Source of the DNA: Verrucomicrobiota bacterium
GTDB lineage: Bacteria; Verrucomicrobiota; Lentisphaeria; Lentisphaerales; Lentisphaeraceae
Direction of reading: 5' to 3'
Assembly: GCA_039798785.1 (NCBI GenBank)
Contig: JBDKFG010000043.1
Coordinates: 1 to 40,371, forward strand
DNA: 40,371 bases
Both the position numbers and the translations under genes were made by a program. The notes under the pieces were generated by a model. It did not search any database. It was given only the letters and a program-made list of their open reading frames with translations, and was not told the DNA's origin. Shown here piece by piece: positions 36,949 through 40,371 of the stretch. Every line of letters starts with the position of its first letter. Position 1 is the stretch's first letter.

Positions 36949-37839
36949 ATGCCGCTTTTCGGCCGCCCCAAGTTTGCCTCCGTCACCTACATCAAGAAGC
37001 CCGCCAGCCTCGCCGCATCCGCCGACGCCGCAGCGGAAACGGTCAGCAAGGAGAAGCCTAAGGACTCCTGCAAAGGCTGCAACGCTTCCACACCCCAGCA
37101 CGAAGTCACCGCCAACCTCGGGATCTGCCCGAAGTGCGAATACCACCACCCGATGACCGCGATGCAGCGGATCGCCCTCCTCAGCGACGCCAACTCCTTC
37201 CGCGAACTCGACGCCAACATGAAGTCGATCAACCGCCTCGGATTCGAAGGCTATGACCGCGGCTACCTTGAGAAGGTCAAATCGACCGGTCACAACGACG
37301 CCATCGTCACTGGCCTCTGCAAGCTCGACGGCCAGGACTACGCCATCGGCGTCATGGACTTCCGCTTCATGGGAGCCTCGATGGGCTCGGTCGTCGGTGA
37401 AAAACTCACCCGCCTCACCGAGGCCGCCACCGCCAAGAACCTCCCCCTCCTCATCGTCACCGCCTCCGGTGGCGCCCGGATGCAGGAAGGTTGCCTCTCC
37501 CTGATGCAGATGGCCAAGACTTCAGGCGCCCTCGCCCGCCATAGCCTCGCAGGGCTGCCCGTCATCATCCTCCTCACCAATCCCACCTACGGAGGCGTCA
37601 CCGCCTCCTACGCATCCCTGGGCGACATCATCCTCGCCGAACCCAAGGCCCTCATCGGCTTCGCCGGCGCCCGTGTCATCCAGACTACCATCAAGGCCGA
37701 ACTCCCCCCGGACTTCCAGACCGCTGAATTCCTCGAGAAGCGCGGCCTCGTCGACCGCATCATCCACCGCAAAGGCCTCCGTCGCGAACTCTCGCTGCTC
37801 CTGTCCTACTTCAAGCCCGGAATCGACGCCCGGAAATAA
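36949..37839 (+). CDS. accD: acetyl-CoA carboxylase carboxyltransferase beta subunit
   Basis: CKGC/CPKC zinc finger, MGASMGSVVGEK, SGGARMQEG, LMQMAKT, GFAGARVI, FQTAEFL. Confidence 0.97.
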   Translation: MPLFGRPKFASVTYIKKPASLAASADAAAETVSKEKPKDSCKGCNASTPQHEVTANLGICPKCEYHHPMTAMQRIALLSDANSFRELDANMKSINRLGFEGYDRGYLEKVKSTGHNDAIVTGLCKLDGQDYAIGVMDFRFMGASMGSVVGEKLTRLTEAATAKNLPLLIVTASGGARMQEGCLSLMQMAKTSGALARHSLAGLPVIILLTNPTYGGVTASYASLGDIILAEPKALIGFAGARVIQTTIKAELPPDFQTAEFLEKRGLVDRIIHRKGLRRELSLLLSYFKPGIDARK

Positions 37840-37852
37840 ACTCCGTACCAAC

Positions 37853-37894
37853 CACAGACGCCGCGCCCCCCCGGGGACGCGGCGTCGTGCTTTT
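37853..37894 (+). terminator. probable terminator after accD
   Basis: GACGCCGCG...CGCGGCGTC stem followed by GTGCTTTT. Confidence 0.6.
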
Positions 37895-37910
37895 CATCTC
37901 AAAAAGCCCC

Positions 37911-37926
37911 GGGCACGGGTCTTGCA
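37911..37926 (+). promoter_or_regulatory. sigma54 (-24/-12) promoter of the maf unit
   Basis: GGGCAC-GGGTC-TTGCA, one mismatch to consensus, 31 bp before ATG 37958. Confidence 0.8.
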
Positions 37927-37957
37927 GTAGACCGAGTCCAAACAGCAAGGACAACCC

Positions 37958-39733
37958 ATGACCGTGCCCGCAATCCCCCCCGAAGCGGAAACCTGGAGCG
38001 CCAGCCCGGAGACCCCTCTCTGCCTGCTCGCCGGCGGCCGCCGTCGCTGGGCTGAAGATCCCGAGGATCCACTCAAGGATCTCCTTGATGATCAATCCCT
38101 TGAAGTCAAATTCATCCTTGCCTCGCCCCTCCGTCCCGCCGCCGCCGCCGAACTCCGCCGCCGCCACCCTGAGGCCGTGATCATCGAGGCCGAATCCCAC
38201 CCTCTCCGCCGCGGATTGCGCCCTGCGCAAGCCTATTTTTCCAGCCGGGAAGAGTGCCGACACTGGCTGCGGAAAAATTTTCCTAATTCACTGAACCCCC
38301 TCGGCGCCCTCTGCGTCATACCGCCACGGCTTCGCCGTCTCGATCCGAGCTGCGTCGACATCTTGGAAGGCGGACTCCTCGACGCCTGCAAGGAGTCTGC
38401 CACCTTGCAGGTCCATGCAGTCCTGAAGAACTGGCATCGCACCATGAACCAATTGCTCAATCTCGCGACGATCAGCCCCAGACCTCAGCTGCCGGATCTG
38501 CGCCGCCGAGATTGCGTCGTCGTCGGCGCAGGCCCCTCCCTCGCCTTCAACGCCGCGAGCCTGCATGACCGCGGCGACGCCTTCGTCCTCTGCTGCGACG
38601 GCGCCCTCGCCGCACTGATCCATGCAGGAGTCCGGCCTGATGCAGTCGCCAGTCTCGATGACTCTCTGCTCACCTGGCGTTTCGCCGCGGCCCTCGGCGA
38701 AGCCGCGCGCGACCTGCCCTTGATCGCCGCCAGCTCCGCCAACCATGTGCTGCTGCGCCACTGGCCCGGCCCCGTCACCCTCGCCGGCCCCTGGCCCGAA
38801 TGGGCGCCATCCCATCCCTGCGCACGGGTCCCGATCGGACTCTGCGTCGGCCATTTCGCCGTCGCCCTCGCCCTCGCCTGCGGCGCCCGCCGCGTCATTC
38901 TCGCCGGCTTCGATCTCGCCTACCGCGATGGCCTCTTCCATGCCCCAGGCATGGCCGTCCCATATTTCCATGACCGCAAAGCGCCTGATGAATGCGAAGT
39001 CCCTGATTGGGACGGGCTCCCGCTGCGCACCGACCGCAGCATGCTGATGTATCTGCGGCATTTCGAAGAGCTCTTCCGTGCCAATCCTCAAAGCGAATTC
39101 ATCGACGCGACCGAAGGCGGCGCCCGAAAACAAGGCTGCCGCCGTCTTAGCCTGGCCGAGGCCTTGGCCGGCAGCGAAGCCAAGCTCAGTCCTTCCTGGC
39201 ATCCGGAGGATTGCCGCGACGCGCCGGCGGCGCTCAGACTCGAGCTCCTCCAGGATTGGGAAAGAGAGGTCCCAGATTCACTGCTCAAAGCTTTCGCCCC
39301 CAGCCCTGCCCAGGAGGATCTCCGCCTGGCGAAGACACTATGCAGGCTCCTGAGCCAGACTCCGGCCTCTGGCAGGGGCTGGCTGCTGTTGGCTCCCAAT
39401 CCGGAACGGGAGATCCTGCGCCGCCTCGCCTCCGACTTTCGGCTCGAAATCTCCCTCGAGATGGAGCCGGCCGCCCTTCACGAACTCGCCGCCGCCCTCG
39501 TCTCCAACCCCTGCCTGGGCATCCTGGCTCCTCTCCAACTCTGTCCGCCTGACCTGGCAGCCGTCTTCCATCTGCCTTTGATGGAATGGACAAACCAAGC
39601 GCCGCCTCAGGAAGCTCAGAGACATCGCTGGATTCCCGGCTATTCAATCATCGCCAGCCCCTTGCACGAAAAGGCCTGGCGGCAACATATTGGCTCAGAC
39701 CTGCCGGTCATCGCCTGGGAGCAGCCTTCATGA
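37958..39733 (+). CDS. motility-associated factor (Maf/DUF115, MptE-like) family protein
   Basis: VVGAGPSL, CCDGAL, GVRPDAVASLD, ILAGFDLAY, FHAPG, IDATEGGA. Confidence 0.85.
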   Translation: MTVPAIPPEAETWSASPETPLCLLAGGRRRWAEDPEDPLKDLLDDQSLEVKFILASPLRPAAAAELRRRHPEAVIIEAESHPLRRGLRPAQAYFSSREECRHWLRKNFPNSLNPLGALCVIPPRLRRLDPSCVDILEGGLLDACKESATLQVHAVLKNWHRTMNQLLNLATISPRPQLPDLRRRDCVVVGAGPSLAFNAASLHDRGDAFVLCCDGALAALIHAGVRPDAVASLDDSLLTWRFAAALGEAARDLPLIAASSANHVLLRHWPGPVTLAGPWPEWAPSHPCARVPIGLCVGHFAVALALACGARRVILAGFDLAYRDGLFHAPGMAVPYFHDRKAPDECEVPDWDGLPLRTDRSMLMYLRHFEELFRANPQSEFIDATEGGARKQGCRRLSLAEALAGSEAKLSPSWHPEDCRDAPAALRLELLQDWEREVPDSLLKAFAPSPAQEDLRLAKTLCRLLSQTPASGRGWLLLAPNPEREILRRLASDFRLEISLEMEPAALHELAAALVSNPCLGILAPLQLCPPDLAAVFHLPLMEWTNQAPPQEAQRHRWIPGYSIIASPLHEKAWRQHIGSDLPVIAWEQPS

Positions 39734-40371
39734 ACACCGAACTGGACATTCGCGATCGACTCAGCAGCGTCAGCAGCGAAGAGCTCTGCAGGGAACTTCG
39801 CGCCACCCGCCGTCGACTCGGGGAATTCATCCGCCAACAACAACAGATGCTGAGCATCGCTCTCACCCATGAAGAAGTGCTGCGGGTCCCGTCGAAAAGC
39901 CTCGAGCACCAGGAAATCGTCGATTCCGTCGCTCAGGAAGTCCGCGCCGCTGCCATCACAGCACCGCAATCCCCCCAAGTCCAGATCCATCAGTCTCAGA
40001 AATCGCAGGTCCAGATCCCGACAACTTCAGCCAAGGCGGCCGAACTCAGCCCTGAGGAAATCGCCAGGCTCGACAGCGAAGCCCTGTCGCGCGCCTTCGT
40101 CAGCAACGATGAACTCTCCTACCTTCTCAATTTGGAAAAAAGCCGAAATCACGACTTCTCCATCGCTGCGCCCCCCCCCTCCCCCTGGTCGCTGCCCGCC
40201 ACGCGCCCGCAATTGGCCTTGGACATCTCCGAGCTCGACCAATATCGACGCCAAAATCTTTCGAAATCGAACCCCGCCAAGGCCCCAGAGCCGGTCTCCC
40301 TCGATCAAAGCGACATCGACAAACTGCTCGCCCAGGCCTCGGCTCCCGCCAAGGCCCCAGAGCCGGTCTCC
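39730..40371 (+). CDS. hypothetical protein, 3'-truncated, with FliM-N-like peptide repeat
   Basis: ATG overlaps the maf stop (ATGA); frame open for 214 codons to the window end (MNTELDIRDRL...PAKAPEPVSLDQSDIDKLLAQASAPAKAPEPVS); absent from the ORF track because it has no stop. Confidence 0.85.
   Translation, partial: MNTELDIRDRLSSVSSEELCRELRATRRRLGEFIRQQQQMLSIALTHEEVLRVPSKSLEHQEIVDSVAQEVRAAAITAPQSPQVQIHQSQKSQVQIPTTSAKAAELSPEEIARLDSEALSRAFVSNDELSYLLNLEKSRNHDFSIAAPPPSPWSLPATRPQLALDISELDQYRRQNLSKSNPAKAPEPVSLDQSDIDKLLAQASAPAKAPEPVS
40273..40371 (+). repeat. 72-bp-period in-frame tandem repeat, truncated by the window end
   Basis: CCCGCCAAGGCCCCAGAGCCGGTCTCC is identical at 40273-40299 and 40345-40371. 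Confidence 0.85.

Noticed and set aside
40171..40185. C homopolymer as a phase-variation site
   Set aside because: It encodes PPPSP in frame in a Pro-rich linker; no evidence of slippage without read data.
1..40371. CRISPR array, rRNA, transposase or defence system
   Set aside because: No spaced direct-repeat array or recognisable motifs were seen.

Overview
A 40.4-kb, high-GC, mostly chromosomal-backbone window from a flagellated bacterium, probably of the PVC superphylum (three DUF1080 genes, a PVC-type CxxCH dehydrogenase, and an FtsQ-like gene that points to Lentisphaerota/Verrucomicrobiota; this taxonomy is inference). Left to right: a uxaC/TIM-barrel/dehydrogenase-cytochrome c/2xDUF1080 sugar cluster; nadK-like and gmhA; a 939-aa repeat+HhH+Roadblock protein with a 5'-nucleotidase and an Rdx protein; a YtrA-type GntR/ABC operon with two mosaic permeases and REP-like insertions; VOC, ftsQ-like, Fur, TrmH, tRNA-Phe, coaX, DUF1080, NUDIX, tal, thioredoxin-like, phage-type dNMP kinase, tRNA-Leu and mdh; a sigma54-preceded flgD-flgE-fliL-fliM-fliN operon bracketed by one intact and one ATP-binding-degenerate hybrid histidine kinase; a Ser/Thr pseudokinase, CDGSH, CYTH and accD; and a second sigma54-preceded unit of maf plus an ORF missed by the ORF track. 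That last ORF carries a FliM-N/CheZ-C-like peptide (LDQSDIDKLL) in a 72-bp tandem repeat running off the window end. The best candidate for an undescribed system is this motility-signalling module (putative CheY~P-binding peptide array plus kinase/pseudokinase pair). No CRISPR array, integrase, transposase or rRNA was seen. All family calls come from motif recognition by eye, not database searches.
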